Shown here: positions 20,224 through 30,800 of the stretch, piece after piece | Layout: every line of letters begins with the position of its first letter | How positions within the stretch are numbered: the stretch's first letter is position 1 | Origin: a bacterium | GTDB taxonomy: Bacteria; Hinthialibacterota; Hinthialibacteria; Hinthialibacterales; Hinthialibacteraceae | DNA length: 64,000 bases | Reading direction: 5' to 3' | Assembly (NCBI GenBank): GCA_963662285.2 | Contig: CAXXMV010000002.1 | Span: forward strand, 896,001-960,000 | Position numbers and translations under genes: made by a program | The notes under the pieces: generated by a model | What the model was told of the DNA's origin: nothing | Databases searched by the model: none | Seen by the model: the letters and a program-made list of their open reading frames with translations, nothing else

Positions 20224-21522
20224 ATGATCGAACGGTATACGCGGGAAGCAATGGGAAATATCTGGAGCGATCAGTTTCGTTTTGAAACATGGCTCAAGGT
20301 CGAAATCGCGGCTTGCATCGCTCATAATCGTTTAGGAGTCGTGCCTGACGATGCTTTGGAAGAAATTAAGACCAAGGCCAAATTCGAGATCGAACGCATT
20401 CACGAAATCGAAAAGACCGTTGATCATGAAACCATCGCATTTCTGACAAATGTCGCCGAACATGTCGGTCCCGCCTCCCGCTATATCCATTATGGCATGA
20501 CCTCATCGGATAAATTGGATACTGCTACCGCCCTGCAACTGGTAGCGGCCGCCGATCTGCTGCTTGATGGGCTAAAACAACTACATCAGAGCGTCGGCGT
20601 CGTTGCTAAAAAACACAAAAACTCCGTCATGGTAGGGCGTACGCATGGCGTCCATGCTGAGCCAATAACCTTCGGTTTGAAAATGGCTATTTTCTATGAA
20701 GAACTGGGGCGCCAGTTAGTCCGCATGGCGAGCGCTAAAGAGACCATCCGCGTCGGGAAAATGTCCGGCGCTGTGGGAACTTTCTTCCATATCGATACCC
20801 GCGTCGAAGAGATTGTCTGTGAAGAATTAGGCCTCAAGCCGGCGCCGGTCAGCAATCAGATCATTCAACGCGACCGCCATGCTGAATTTTTAGCGGCTAT
20901 AGCAAATGTTGGAGCAACTTTAGAAAAAATGGCGCTGGAAATCCGCGGATTGCAAAAAACTGAAATACGCGAAGTCCAGGAACCTTTTCCTCCAGGGCAA
21001 AAAGGCTCGTCCTGCATGCCGCATAAAAAGAATCCCAACCTATGTGAACGCATCACCGGATTGGCCCGCCTGCTGCGCAGTTACGCCATGACTGGTTTTG
21101 AAAATGTGGCTCTGTGGCACGAACGCGACATCTCCCACTCATCAGTCGAGCGCGTCTCTTTGACTGACGCCTGCGTCCTGCTCGATTATATGATGGCCAA
21201 AATGAATTGGATCATCGAAAACCTGGTTGTCGATACAGAGCGCATGAAAAAGAATATTGAATCTTCCAATGGCGTGGTCTTCTCACAAAAAGTCCTTCTG
21301 CTTCTGGCTATGAAGGGCATGTCGCGTGAAGATGCATATAAAATAGTCCAGGATTGCGCCATGAAAGTATGGGATACCGACATACAACTAGTAGATTCTC
21401 TCAAAGAAAACCAGGAACTGAAATCACTTGTTACCAATCAGGAGATTGAAGAATGCTTCAGTCTGGATGGTCTATTAAAGAATGTAGATTTCGTCTTCGA
21501 CCGCATCGGGCTTAATTCATAA
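20224..21522 (+). CDS. purB: Adenylosuccinate lyase
   Basis: MIERY start, GRTHGVHAEP, GSSCMPHKKNP, HERDISHSS. Confidence 0.97.
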   Translation: MIERYTREAMGNIWSDQFRFETWLKVEIAACIAHNRLGVVPDDALEEIKTKAKFEIERIHEIEKTVDHETIAFLTNVAEHVGPASRYIHYGMTSSDKLDTATALQLVAAADLLLDGLKQLHQSVGVVAKKHKNSVMVGRTHGVHAEPITFGLKMAIFYEELGRQLVRMASAKETIRVGKMSGAVGTFFHIDTRVEEIVCEELGLKPAPVSNQIIQRDRHAEFLAAIANVGATLEKMALEIRGLQKTEIREVQEPFPPGQKGSSCMPHKKNPNLCERITGLARLLRSYAMTGFENVALWHERDISHSSVERVSLTDACVLLDYMMAKMNWIIENLVVDTERMKKNIESSNGVVFSQKVLLLLAMKGMSREDAYKIVQDCAMKVWDTDIQLVDSLKENQELKSLVTNQEIEECFSLDGLLKNVDFVFDRIGLNS

Positions 21523-21553
21523 ACCTCGATGCAATTAACTCACTAATGAAAAG

Positions 21554-21585
21554 AAGCCCCCGCTTAATAATAAGTGGGGGCTTTG
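21554..21585 (+). terminator. Hairpin downstream of purB
   Basis: aagcccccgctta/taagtgggggctt stem. Confidence 0.6.
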
Positions 21586-21639
21586 ATATATATTCTGATA
21601 CTTTCTATAACCCAAAACCTGTCCCCTCTCCCGCCGGGA

Positions 21640-23146
21640 TGTACAGACCGGGTAGATGGGTAACACATGTTCGGGGACATGGGTTACAGTTTTTTATCAA
21701 AACCGGGATTTATCCCAGGTTATTGTTTGAGTTTTTTTTTAGGCATCTAGAGATGCTCAGGATAATTGGTTGGCTTAGAGGGAGGAGGTGAATATTTCAC
21801 CTCCTGCATTATCCCTCGCACCTCGGATCGGCTATCCCTGGCGGGTTGCACTCCTGCAGCGCCCGCTTCCGTTTCGCCCAACCAATTTCTATTGTGACGC
21901 CTTTTTCTGGATTGCCAAGTTATCTTCTTTGATTTCATTCAAACGCAGATCGAGCGTCTTGATTTTTTGTCGGCAAAAATATACGTCCATCATCCCATCG
22001 GTCATAGCGGGTTTCAAGGCAACCGGGCATCCTACCAGGGCGCGGCTCACCCGGTAATCTTCACCACGGTACGCCACCCGACCTCCTTGTTGCACCTTCC
22101 TGATAATGCTGCCCGGCGCGTACTCGATATCCGGCAAACTTCCCGGATAAACAAAAGGACTGGACGTATAATGGTTAGCCGGGACATCCATATCCAGGGC
22201 TTCGTGAGGACGCTCAAAATTGTATTCATAACGCCACTCATCAAACCGCCTTTGGCAATATTCCAAATCCACAAACGATTCCCTTATCAGCAATTCTTGC
22301 TTAAAGGTCCGGTGAAATCGCTCGACCTTGCCTTGGGTTTGCGGATGGTAGGGGCGACCGTGATACACGCGAATACCCAATCGTATCAGCCATATTGTCA
22401 ATCTGGTGTATTCGCAGGTTTTGCATCCTCCCCACGGACTTCCGTTATCCATCAACATCGCCCGAGGCATACCATACATCCTGAACACGCTTTCCAGGGA
22501 GTCTTGCACGGTTTCCCTTTGCTGATTGGCGCACGAAAATAATCCGGGAACAAAGCGCGTGCAATCATCCAGAATGCTGAGCGGATAACAGCGTGCTTTG
22601 AGCGTGGGAAAATCTCCTTTGAAATCCATTTGCCACAATTCGTTGGGCGTATCTTTTTCAAAACGCTTATAGGCTTTGTGCTTGTGACTTTCCTTTTCAT
22701 CCAGCAATCCCAGTCGGCGTAACACGGCAGTAATAGTGCTGGCGCTAGGAACATTTTCGTATCCCAATTGAATCAGACGAGAGCGAATTTTGCGTCCTCC
22801 CCATCCTTTTTCGCGATTTTCTGTAATGGCTTGCTCGATAGACTTATCTGTTTGATGAGGGCAAGTATTGGGTTTTTTGGAACGGTCTTGGAGATTTTCG
22901 ACTCCTCCTTCTTTGTACCGTTTGATCCATTTGTAACCCGTCTTACGGCTGATATCAAACCGTTTACATAATTGGCTGATGTTGCTTTCTTCTTGCTGGC
23001 TCAACAATACGAATTCTTTTCTCAGAGACATAAGGTCCACCTCGTTCCAGGGCATATTCTTCGCCTCCTTTCAAGGCTAGAATACACTCAGAAAATGTGT
23101 TACCTATGTCCCCGAACACCTGTTACCCATGTCCCAGGCCTTTACA
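21640..23146 (-). mobile_element. IS481-family insertion sequence (1507 bp)
   Basis: TGTA...TACA ends; ~49-bp imperfect terminal inverted repeats with tandem TGTTACCCATGT-like subrepeats; flanked by ccgccggga/ccaccggga (8/9 direct repeat). Confidence 0.92.
21889..23055 (-). CDS. IS481-family transposase
   Basis: MPW start, HTH (ISRKTGYKW), WQMDFKG, DNG, PQTQGKVERFHRT and YNFERPHEAL rve core. Confidence 0.95.
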   Translation of the reverse strand: MPWNEVDLMSLRKEFVLLSQQEESNISQLCKRFDISRKTGYKWIKRYKEGGVENLQDRSKKPNTCPHQTDKSIEQAITENREKGWGGRKIRSRLIQLGYENVPSASTITAVLRRLGLLDEKESHKHKAYKRFEKDTPNELWQMDFKGDFPTLKARCYPLSILDDCTRFVPGLFSCANQQRETVQDSLESVFRMYGMPRAMLMDNGSPWGGCKTCEYTRLTIWLIRLGIRVYHGRPYHPQTQGKVERFHRTFKQELLIRESFVDLEYCQRRFDEWRYEYNFERPHEALDMDVPANHYTSSPFVYPGSLPDIEYAPGSIIRKVQQGGRVAYRGEDYRVSRALVGCPVALKPAMTDGMMDVYFCRQKIKTLDLRLNEIKEDNLAIQKKASQ

Positions 23147-23171
23147 CCACCGGGAGAGGGCAGGGTGAGGG
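23147..23171. repeat. Right half of a CCCTCTCCC-type REP-like palindrome split by the IS481 (left half 21623..21639)
   Basis: Reconstructed empty site CCCCTCTCCC-GCC-GGGAGAGGG-CA-GGGTGAGG. Confidence 0.7.
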
Positions 23172-23206
23172 CGAAATAGCGAATACTTAAGTTATCATTT
23201 AACCAC

Positions 23207-25132
23207 CTAAAACGAATACCGCGCCCGCTTGACGTAAACAAACCATTCCACCATCAGGATTATTAATGCGATGATAGCGATAATGCGCCAGATTTCTTTA
23301 TTGGATTCAACTACCGATTCATCGCCTTCAAATTCCTCTCCCTGAATGCTCAGAACCGATTTCGGCGCAATATCTGATTCTTCGGGAGACAAGAGATTAA
23401 AGGCGTAACGTTTATGCAATTGATCATTGATAAGGTATTCATATATACCATAACGGCTGGTTTTATCGAAATAAATCGGATTCGAGTTTTCGAAAGTGAT
23501 ATAGTGGCTCTTTTGATTGGCGGGCAGTTTGATCTCTGCTTTAAGAGTCAGGTCTTCAGGTGGATCAATGATCAACATGTCGCCGGTTTTTTTCATATAA
23601 GAGGCCAATCCTTCGCCTGATTGGAACCAGTTTACTAGATTGGTGAAGAAAATTGGATAAGAAACCTGCATCGGCCAGCTGGATTTGTGGACGTCAAAAT
23701 TGGTTACAACTCCCCGAATATCATCCTGTTGAAAAGTAAGGATAAGCGGCGTCTCCCGGCTTTCAGCGATAACCTCGACCCAGGGGGGCGTTCCGATGTT
23801 ATTGCAGGCGTTAATCACCAGGTTATCCAGGTTGAGATATCTGGTCAGGGGATGAAGATGATCCCAGTCTACAATGGCGGGCAATTGCAGTTCCTCTCCG
23901 AAAGTCCATTCCGGTAATGGAGGTACGGCATTGATAAAGACATAATTTCCGTTGATCAAAGCTGGCGGAGTGAATGCATCAAACACCACCAAGTCATAAT
24001 CTTCAGGACGGTCGTATTGCACCGGCGTCGCCATAAAAAGATTAACATGCGGATTGAGATTAAGAACGCGCTGCAAATAAAAGTTCCCGTTAGTCACCAA
24101 TAAAACATCTATATTTTTTTCGCGTGGGATAACCGCCCAGGCGCGGTTATCTATCTGCAACGGGTCGTCGCTATCCAAAACCACTTCAATCTTCTCCGGA
24201 AAAGTCCCATTATCCTTAAATAACAGTGGTTCATGAGAGTTGCCGTTGATAGTCAATTTTTGAGCGTCTATCAATTGCCGTTCAGTTCTCAAAATCGGCG
24301 ATGTTTCCGTTGCGCTGGTTGGCGCAGTGTTTTCCTGATTAGCGACCAATCCTTCGCCCCATAGTTCCACATAAACTTCTTTGGCGTCCACTCCGGCGTT
24401 TTTTATGCCTAATAAAATCTCGTATTGCTCATCTAATGAGAAATCCTTGCGTACTACTAAATCGACAATACCAATATTCTCGGTCGATTCTCCAATAGGT
24501 ACATATCGCAATTTAGCTTGACCAATGTTAAGGTCGGATGGGATGTGAAACTGACCATCTGAAAACAGAATTATTTCCGGATTAGAGGCTACCGCCGCTG
24601 CAGAACGGGCGATTCTAAATGCATCCGTAATATTGGTTCTGGCATCGGTCTGTTGGATGTCATTAATCTGGCGTCTCAGGGTTGCCTTGTTTTGCTCAAA
24701 GGGAGATAGAACCCGTGCGTTTCCAGCGAAGTGCACTACCATCATTCTGTCGCCCACGCTCATGTCATTAACCAGTTCATTCGCTTTTCGCTTGGCGAAG
24801 TCCAGCCGGGTTGGTTTAACGTCGGTGGCCGACATGCTGGCTGATGTATCGATTAATAAGATAAAACTTTGACCTTCCAGTCCTCCCAGACGCAAAACAG
24901 GTCGAACAATGGAAAATGTCAATAAGGCAATAATCAATAACTGTAAAAAGAGGAGCAGATTCTTTTTTAACTTTTGAAATGGCGTATTGGCTTTCAGGTC
25001 TTCAAGACTCTTTCGCCAAAGCAGAGTGCTTGAGATATTCATATCTATTCGCTTCAACTTCAGCAAATATAGAATAATCACTGCTGGTAAAAACAAGGCG
25101 AAGAAAAATCCTATAGGCGCGAGAAAATTCAT
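23207..25132 (-). CDS. BatA + vWA domain protein
   Basis: ILYLLK..SSTLLW BatA motif; IDTSASM and FSDG MIDAS; PEES motif and C-terminal TM (EW). Confidence 0.88.
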   Translation of the reverse strand: MNFLAPIGFFFALFLPAVIILYLLKLKRIDMNISSTLLWRKSLEDLKANTPFQKLKKNLLLFLQLLIIALLTFSIVRPVLRLGGLEGQSFILLIDTSASMSATDVKPTRLDFAKRKANELVNDMSVGDRMMVVHFAGNARVLSPFEQNKATLRRQINDIQQTDARTNITDAFRIARSAAAVASNPEIILFSDGQFHIPSDLNIGQAKLRYVPIGESTENIGIVDLVVRKDFSLDEQYEILLGIKNAGVDAKEVYVELWGEGLVANQENTAPTSATETSPILRTERQLIDAQKLTINGNSHEPLLFKDNGTFPEKIEVVLDSDDPLQIDNRAWAVIPREKNIDVLLVTNGNFYLQRVLNLNPHVNLFMATPVQYDRPEDYDLVVFDAFTPPALINGNYVFINAVPPLPEWTFGEELQLPAIVDWDHLHPLTRYLNLDNLVINACNNIGTPPWVEVIAESRETPLILTFQQDDIRGVVTNFDVHKSSWPMQVSYPIFFTNLVNWFQSGEGLASYMKKTGDMLIIDPPEDLTLKAEIKLPANQKSHYITFENSNPIYFDKTSRYGIYEYLINDQLHKRYAFNLLSPEESDIAPKSVLSIQGEEFEGDESVVESNKEIWRIIAIIALIILMVEWFVYVKRARYSF

Positions 25133-25172
25133 AATTCCTCATTCCTCTTAAGTGATTAGTTAGCGTTGCGCG

Positions 25173-26093
25173 TTATTCAATCATTCCCATGCGGCGGAAT
25201 GAATCCGTTAATAGGCGTTCGACAGAGTCTTCCGTGGATACCGGAAGGTAATGTATCCCATATCGGTTGCTCACATTAGTTATATCCGCCTGGAAAGCGC
25301 GTAAACGCCGTTCGTAGGTGTTTAACAACTCTTCTGTGACCGTAACCTCGACTGGTTCGTTGGTTTCCACGTCCAGAAGCCGCAATGCGCCATATAAATC
25401 AGGATGTATTTCCTCAGCAGATAAAATTTGAAATACATAAAGTTCATTTCGGTGTTGCAGCAGGTGTTTGAAAGCCCCTTCGTAGCCCTGAGGATCGAAC
25501 AGATCAGACAATAACACCACAACCCCGCCACGCGATTGCTGCATGGTAAAACGACGGCAACTTTCGGTTAATGAAGTTTCTCCATCAAAAGGTAATTGTT
25601 CCAGGAAATCGATTATGCTCCATATTCTGGATTTCCCTCTGGTGGGCTGTAACCAGCGGTATCTTTCTCCATTGAAGCCAACCAGACATACCCGGTCTAA
25701 ACCGGCCAAGGTAATATATGATAAAGCCGCAGCAATTTTTTTGGCGAACAATGCTTTAGATGGATCGCCTAGCCTCATAGAGGAACTTGTATCTATCAGG
25801 ATGTATAAATATAAATCTTCTTCTTCGTGGAACAACTTAGTGAACAGCCGGTCCAGGCGGCCGAATATATTCCAATCAAGGAAACGCAAATCATCGCCTT
25901 TGGAATAATCTCTATAATCGGCGAATTCTATGGATATGCCCCGTTTTTTTGATCGTCGTTCACCTTTTAGGCGACCCAGAAATATTTTTTTCGAAACAAG
26001 ATGTAATTGTTCCAAATACCGCAGAAAAGATGGATCCAGCAGTGTTTGCGTTTTTGGGGTGTTTGGGGAAGAGACGCTTTCAGTTTCCACCAT
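25173..26093 (-). CDS. DUF58 domain protein
   Basis: EFADYRDYSKGDDLRFLDWN, DTSSSM and LSD motifs; ATG at 26093 is preceded by GGAAGGAG. Confidence 0.9.
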   Translation of the reverse strand: MVETESVSSPNTPKTQTLLDPSFLRYLEQLHLVSKKIFLGRLKGERRSKKRGISIEFADYRDYSKGDDLRFLDWNIFGRLDRLFTKLFHEEEDLYLYILIDTSSSMRLGDPSKALFAKKIAAALSYITLAGLDRVCLVGFNGERYRWLQPTRGKSRIWSIIDFLEQLPFDGETSLTESCRRFTMQQSRGGVVVLLSDLFDPQGYEGAFKHLLQHRNELYVFQILSAEEIHPDLYGALRLLDVETNEPVEVTVTEELLNTYERRLRAFQADITNVSNRYGIHYLPVSTEDSVERLLTDSFRRMGMIE

Positions 26094-26132
26094 GGGGGAT
26101 GAATCTCCTTCCAAAGTCTATGTCTAGCATTA

Positions 26133-26969
26133 TTAATTGATTAGTAAAGATATCTGGTTTTCCTGTTCCAGTAGATATTCTCTATATAACCATGATAACG
26201 CATGAGGATCGTCAGATGGAACAAATTGGTAGCGAAAATAATAAGGTTTTGCAATTGTTTTTCCGGTTTTATCTAATCTGGACGAAGAAGGATGCACAAA
26301 TCGCTCGTTTTTTTCATTAAAAATATCAAAAATAGACAAGGGATGTTGAACGAATCCGATACAGCCGCAGGATTTATAGTTGGCTTTTCGTTTGGTAAGA
26401 ATAAAAAAAGGAGCGCCAACAACGCGGTGATTATCGTTCTTTGGCGGCTGATGGAGTTCTTCGTCAATGTTTATATTATCTTTTTTTATATCTGCAATAC
26501 TCTTTGGCAGCCAGATATGGTTGTTTTCATTATCGGCTAATCTTAAACCGAGGGGAAACTTGATGGAATAAAGTTGATCTTCTTGTTTGCCTGAGACGTA
26601 GCAATAGCAGTTCAAAATTGGAAAAGTCGTTGAAAGCAAATATCTTATAGTTATTTTAGTTTCTTTATCGTCTCCTAAATCACCTTCCAGCGATACATCG
26701 TGAAAATCTTCAGTGTCAGTTGAACGCAACATATAGTAATTTGAGTGAAATAGAATACCGCGTTTCCCCTTTATGCCAAAACGATATTCAGCGTCGGTGT
26801 CATTTGAACGGAAAACCACCTGGCCTGAAGAATGGCCGGTTTTCATATTCCAAACCACTCCGGATACTTTATCTGTAACTTGAAAGCGCCCGCTTGGCAT
26901 TAGAATGCGTACTTGAATGCATTGATTGTCGAGTTGGATAGAGCCTTCTTCTGGTTGTTTATTGGTCAT
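26133..26969 (-). CDS. Hypothetical protein
   Basis: 278-aa ORF co-oriented with its neighbours; no motif recognised. Confidence 0.65.
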   Translation of the reverse strand: MTNKQPEEGSIQLDNQCIQVRILMPSGRFQVTDKVSGVVWNMKTGHSSGQVVFRSNDTDAEYRFGIKGKRGILFHSNYYMLRSTDTEDFHDVSLEGDLGDDKETKITIRYLLSTTFPILNCYCYVSGKQEDQLYSIKFPLGLRLADNENNHIWLPKSIADIKKDNINIDEELHQPPKNDNHRVVGAPFFILTKRKANYKSCGCIGFVQHPLSIFDIFNEKNERFVHPSSSRLDKTGKTIAKPYYFRYQFVPSDDPHALSWLYREYLLEQENQISLLIN

Positions 26970-27033
26970 TTTTTGATCTCAGTAAATATATCGGTTAGCG
27001 TGGTTTCATATATTATGCCTAATAATCGTGAAT

Positions 27034-27067
27034 AAAAAAAGAAGAGCGGTCTTTCGACTGCTCTTCT
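27034..27067 (-). terminator. Terminator of tRNA-Thr-tuf-rpmG
   Basis: agaagagcagtc-gaaa-gaccgctcttct followed by a T-run on the minus strand. Confidence 0.85.
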
Positions 27068-27095
27068 AATCAAAAACTTGATTTAATGGTATTTC

Positions 27096-27245
27096 TTAAC
27101 GTGTTTCCCGGTGCGCTATATGTTTATTGCACCAGCGACAATATTTTTTGGTTTCCATCCGGTCTGGATGAAGCCGTTTGTTTTTGGTAGTGTTATAATT
27201 ACGTCGTTTGCATTCTGTGCATGCTAAAATTACTAAGTCCCGCAT
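27096..27245 (-). CDS. rpmG: 50S ribosomal protein L33, zinc-binding type (not in the ORF track)
   Basis: Manual translation [49 protein letters not shown]; follows tuf. Confidence 0.95.
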   Translation of the reverse strand: MRDLVILACTECKRRNYNTTKNKRLHPDRMETKKYCRWCNKHIAHRETR

Positions 27246-27269
27246 GGGTTCTTCTCCTATTTAACTGAT

Positions 27270-28463
27270 TTATTCAATAATCTCGGCGATGACGCCAGCG
27301 CCAACCGTCCGACCGCCTTCGCGAATAGCGAAGCGTAATTCCTGTTCCATGGCTATTGGTTGATGCAATTCACCTTCCATAACCACGTTATCGCCCGGCA
27401 TTACCATCTCGGTTCCTTCCGGCAACTTCACCGAACCGGTAACATCCGTTGTCCGGAAATAAAACTGCGGACGGTATCCATTAAAGAATGGCGTATGACG
27501 ACCACCTTCTTCTTTGGTCAGAACGTATACATTCGCTTTGAATTTGGTGTGTGGATTAATTGACTTGGGCGCTGCTACAACCTGTCCGCGCTCTATGCCA
27601 TCACGACCGATGCCGCGCAGCAGCAAGCCTACATTGTCGCCCGCCAGACCTTGATCCAATGATTTTCGGAACATTTCAACGCCTGTGCAAACTGTATCAA
27701 TCGGCGCTTCTTTCAGACCCACGATCTGAACTTTGTCGCCAACGGTAACTTTACCGCGCTCAATACGACCGGTCGCAACCGTACCACGACCCGTGATGCT
27801 GAAGACGTCTTCAACCGCCATCAGGAAGGGCTTGTCTACATCACGTTCCGGTACAGGAATATATGTATCCAATGCTTCCACTAATTCTGTGATGCATTTG
27901 GTCGATTCTTCATCGTCTATATTCTCTCCCGCCCGCAAGGCTGAACCCATTATAACGGGAATGTCATCGCCGGGGTAATCGTACTGCGACAGTAATTCGC
28001 GAACTTCCAACTCGACCAGTTCCAGCAGTTCTGCATCATCAACCATGTCTACTTTGTTCATAAACACGACAATGTATGGAACGCCTACCTGACGGGCCAG
28101 TAGAATGTGCTCTCTGGTTTGCGGCATGGGACCGTCTGCGGCTGATACAACCAGCACTGCTCCGTCCATTTGCGCCGCGCCTGTAATCATGTTTTTTACG
28201 TAGTCCGCGTGACCCGGGCAGTCAACATGCGCATAGTGACGTGCAACTGACTCATATTCAACATGCGCCGTTGCGATCGTGATACCGCGTTCACGCTCTT
28301 CCGGGGCGTTATCGATGCTGTCGAATGACCGGATTTCGCCTAGGCCTTTCGCCGCCTGCACCATGGTGATCGCCGCCGTCAACGTTGTCTTCCCGTGATC
28401 CACGTGTCCGATCGTTCCCACGTTCACGTGGGGTTTTGTCCGTTCAAATTTACCTTTGGCCAT
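27270..28463 (-). CDS. tuf: Elongation factor Tu
   Basis: [21 protein letters not shown] and [12 protein letters not shown] motifs. Confidence 0.99.
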   Translation of the reverse strand: MAKGKFERTKPHVNVGTIGHVDHGKTTLTAAITMVQAAKGLGEIRSFDSIDNAPEERERGITIATAHVEYESVARHYAHVDCPGHADYVKNMITGAAQMDGAVLVVSAADGPMPQTREHILLARQVGVPYIVVFMNKVDMVDDAELLELVELEVRELLSQYDYPGDDIPVIMGSALRAGENIDDEESTKCITELVEALDTYIPVPERDVDKPFLMAVEDVFSITGRGTVATGRIERGKVTVGDKVQIVGLKEAPIDTVCTGVEMFRKSLDQGLAGDNVGLLLRGIGRDGIERGQVVAAPKSINPHTKFKANVYVLTKEEGGRHTPFFNGYRPQFYFRTTDVTGSVKLPEGTEMVMPGDNVVMEGELHQPIAMEQELRFAIREGGRTVGAGVIAEIIE

Positions 28464-28530
28464 TGTGGATCCCTTCTTCCTTTGTTTTAGACATTTTCTA
28501 AGAAATTCTTAGATGAAAAAAAAAATTTTA

Positions 28531-28603
<73 letters not shown>

Positions 28604-28644
28604 GTTGGATTCGAAGTCTTTTTATGGATTAATACTAGTTGGCG

Positions 28645-28673
28645 ATAATAGAAATTATGTTTATTCCTGTCAA
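28645..28673 (-). promoter_or_regulatory. sigma70 promoter of tRNA-Thr-tuf
   Basis: TTGACA-17bp-TATTAT. Confidence 0.75.
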
Positions 28674-28858
28674 GTAACTGAGAAAATGTTTCTTACGTTT
28701 TTTTTGTATTCAAAAAAACCAAAAATCCGTTATCCTGAATCACCGTTTGGATTTTAGCGGTTTTTCCAGGTTCATGAACGTCTATACACGGAATAATTAA
28801 CATTTTATCTTATCACAATGTAGAGAAATCGGAATCCTTTCAGCGGGTAACCAAAATT

Positions 28859-30001
28859 ATGGCGCAAAATCAACAAATTAGAGTCTGTTTTGTTTCTCCA
28901 TCAATTTATCCATTATTTAATCCTATGGTGAGAAGTCCATTTAGTGATGCAGAAATTCAGTTATTTGAGTTGGCTCGATGTTTTAAGGATGATGAACATA
29001 TAGAAATCAGCGTACTGACGGGCGATTATGATCAGGATGAGGTGGAATATTACACAGGAATATTGGTTTTTCGAGGTCAGTTTGAATCCAACCGGAGTTT
29101 GATTCAGCGGTTTTTACGGCGCAACTCACCGCTGCAATCAATTCTGGATAAAATTGACGCTGATATTTATATGTTTGGCGAGGCTGGCAGTTTGGCTAAA
29201 TCAGTGGCTGAATACTGTATAGCCAGAAAAAAATCATTTATTTATCGTATATCTCACCAGCGTGATTGCGATGGAACCTTCATTCATGGTGATGCCGCTG
29301 GACCTGATTTTCGATGGGCATTGCATCATGCCGACGCAATTATTTGTCAAAGTGAAGATCAGAAAAGATTGCTTAAACGAACCGAAAAACTCACCGCCGA
29401 TGTAATATCCAATACAATAATCGCGGAACCTTTATCAGATGCGCCCCGGATGGATGTGTTGTGGATCGGCGAGGCGGTTGAATGGAAGCAGCCGGAACTT
29501 TTCTATCGTTTGGCGCTTACTATACCTCATCAGAGTTTTACGCTTCTCATTCGTCCCAACTATCCGGAATATTTCGAAAAATTAGTCTCTAAAACCCGTG
29601 ATATACCAAATCTGGGGTTCGAGAACTCTGTTCCATACCAGGAATGGACTGATTACCTCAAGCGGGCCAGGTTGATCGTCAATACATCCCGATTTGATGG
29701 TTTCCCTTTTTCCTTTACCCAGGCTTTCGCTTATGGGGCCCCTGTAGTCAGTCTCAATGTGAATCCGGATGAGATACTGGAAAAATATAAAATTGGTCTT
29801 TGCGCGCAAGGCTCCGAAGTCCGGTTGGCTCAGGGAGTACTGGATTTAATCAGTTACCCGCGCCAATGGACCAATATGAGTCAAAACGCGATGAAATTTG
29901 CTCAACAATGCCAAAATCCTGATAATATTATAGAAATATACCGAAAACTTTTTATCAAATGCGTTGACATAAAGATAAAAAAACGCGGCTGGAAACGATG
30001 A
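28859..30001 (+). CDS. Glycosyltransferase family 4
   Basis: KQPE and NTSRFDGFP..QAFAYGAPVVS GT-B motifs. Confidence 0.85.
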   Translation: MAQNQQIRVCFVSPSIYPLFNPMVRSPFSDAEIQLFELARCFKDDEHIEISVLTGDYDQDEVEYYTGILVFRGQFESNRSLIQRFLRRNSPLQSILDKIDADIYMFGEAGSLAKSVAEYCIARKKSFIYRISHQRDCDGTFIHGDAAGPDFRWALHHADAIICQSEDQKRLLKRTEKLTADVISNTIIAEPLSDAPRMDVLWIGEAVEWKQPELFYRLALTIPHQSFTLLIRPNYPEYFEKLVSKTRDIPNLGFENSVPYQEWTDYLKRARLIVNTSRFDGFPFSFTQAFAYGAPVVSLNVNPDEILEKYKIGLCAQGSEVRLAQGVLDLISYPRQWTNMSQNAMKFAQQCQNPDNIIEIYRKLFIKCVDIKIKKRGWKR

Positions 30002-30017
30002 TCTAAGCCTTCTGGTC

Positions 30018-30659
30018 TCAATAACTTGGATTGGGCGGCATAGTATTGTGATAAATATTTCCATCAACAATAATATTGCCTTTCAAGACGCTTGCGTCTC
30101 CACCCCAGCGGTAAATATCGCCATCGCTATTCAATCCGTTTGAAGGAGAAAAGGTTCTTACAGTAGTTCCATTTTGCAGATCGGAACGTGAACCCATATC
30201 TTCATCCTGGTCGGGTCCACGGGAGTTGATATTATAAAACTTTTTAATCGGTTCGGGATTGGCAGGCGCCACCGAAACTTCATACATATCAAGACCTGTA
30301 GTACCGCTGGCGGTGGCGAATTTATTTTCGAACGGATCGCGTGGTATTGATGCAATATAACTTGTTGGCGTCACCAGGAAATATAAACCGGCTTCTGCAT
30401 GGGGTTGAACTTCATGCATGGAGATATAACTCTCTGATTCGCAGATATAAGAATTTTTATCAAGTCGATACATCTCCATTGCTTGAGTTATCGCCTTTAA
30501 ATCGCTGATAACTCTGGCAATCTTGGCTCGTGTTTGAGCGTTCAAAAAATTGGGCACAGCAATAGCCGCCAGGATGCCAATGATTGCGACGACGATCAAC
30601 AACTCGATTAACGTAAAAGCCTTTTGTTTTCTTCTATATTTCATCATTATCTCTCCCAT
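30018..30659 (-). CDS. Prepilin-type N-terminal cleavage/methylation domain protein (GspG-like)
   Basis: AFTLIELLIVVAIIGILAAIAVPNF, DPF and SRGPD motifs; exact start uncertain. Confidence 0.9.
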   Translation of the reverse strand: MGEIMMKYRRKQKAFTLIELLIVVAIIGILAAIAVPNFLNAQTRAKIARVISDLKAITQAMEMYRLDKNSYICESESYISMHEVQPHAEAGLYFLVTPTSYIASIPRDPFENKFATASGTTGLDMYEVSVAPANPEPIKKFYNINSRGPDQDEDMGSRSDLQNGTTVRTFSPSNGLNSDGDIYRWGGDASVLKGNIIVDGNIYHNTMPPNPSY

Positions 30660-30800
30660 TAATCATTTATTTAATGAAAAACTAATAATATCGGAAAAGC
30701 GATGCAATATATTGAAAAAAAGTATTTTTATGTAAAAAATTATACTGATTACTTAAGAGAAGATTCCTTCAAAATCTTCCTTTAAGCATCTATGGAAATA

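Noticed and set aside
20054-20290. 79-aa N-terminal extension of the radical SAM ORF
   Set aside because: AT-rich intergenic sequence overlapping purB; family homology starts at MRVLLIQPP.
21967-22542. 191-aa plus-strand ORF and the many similar short ORFs antisense to long genes
   Set aside because: Shadow frames of well-supported genes, with no motifs.
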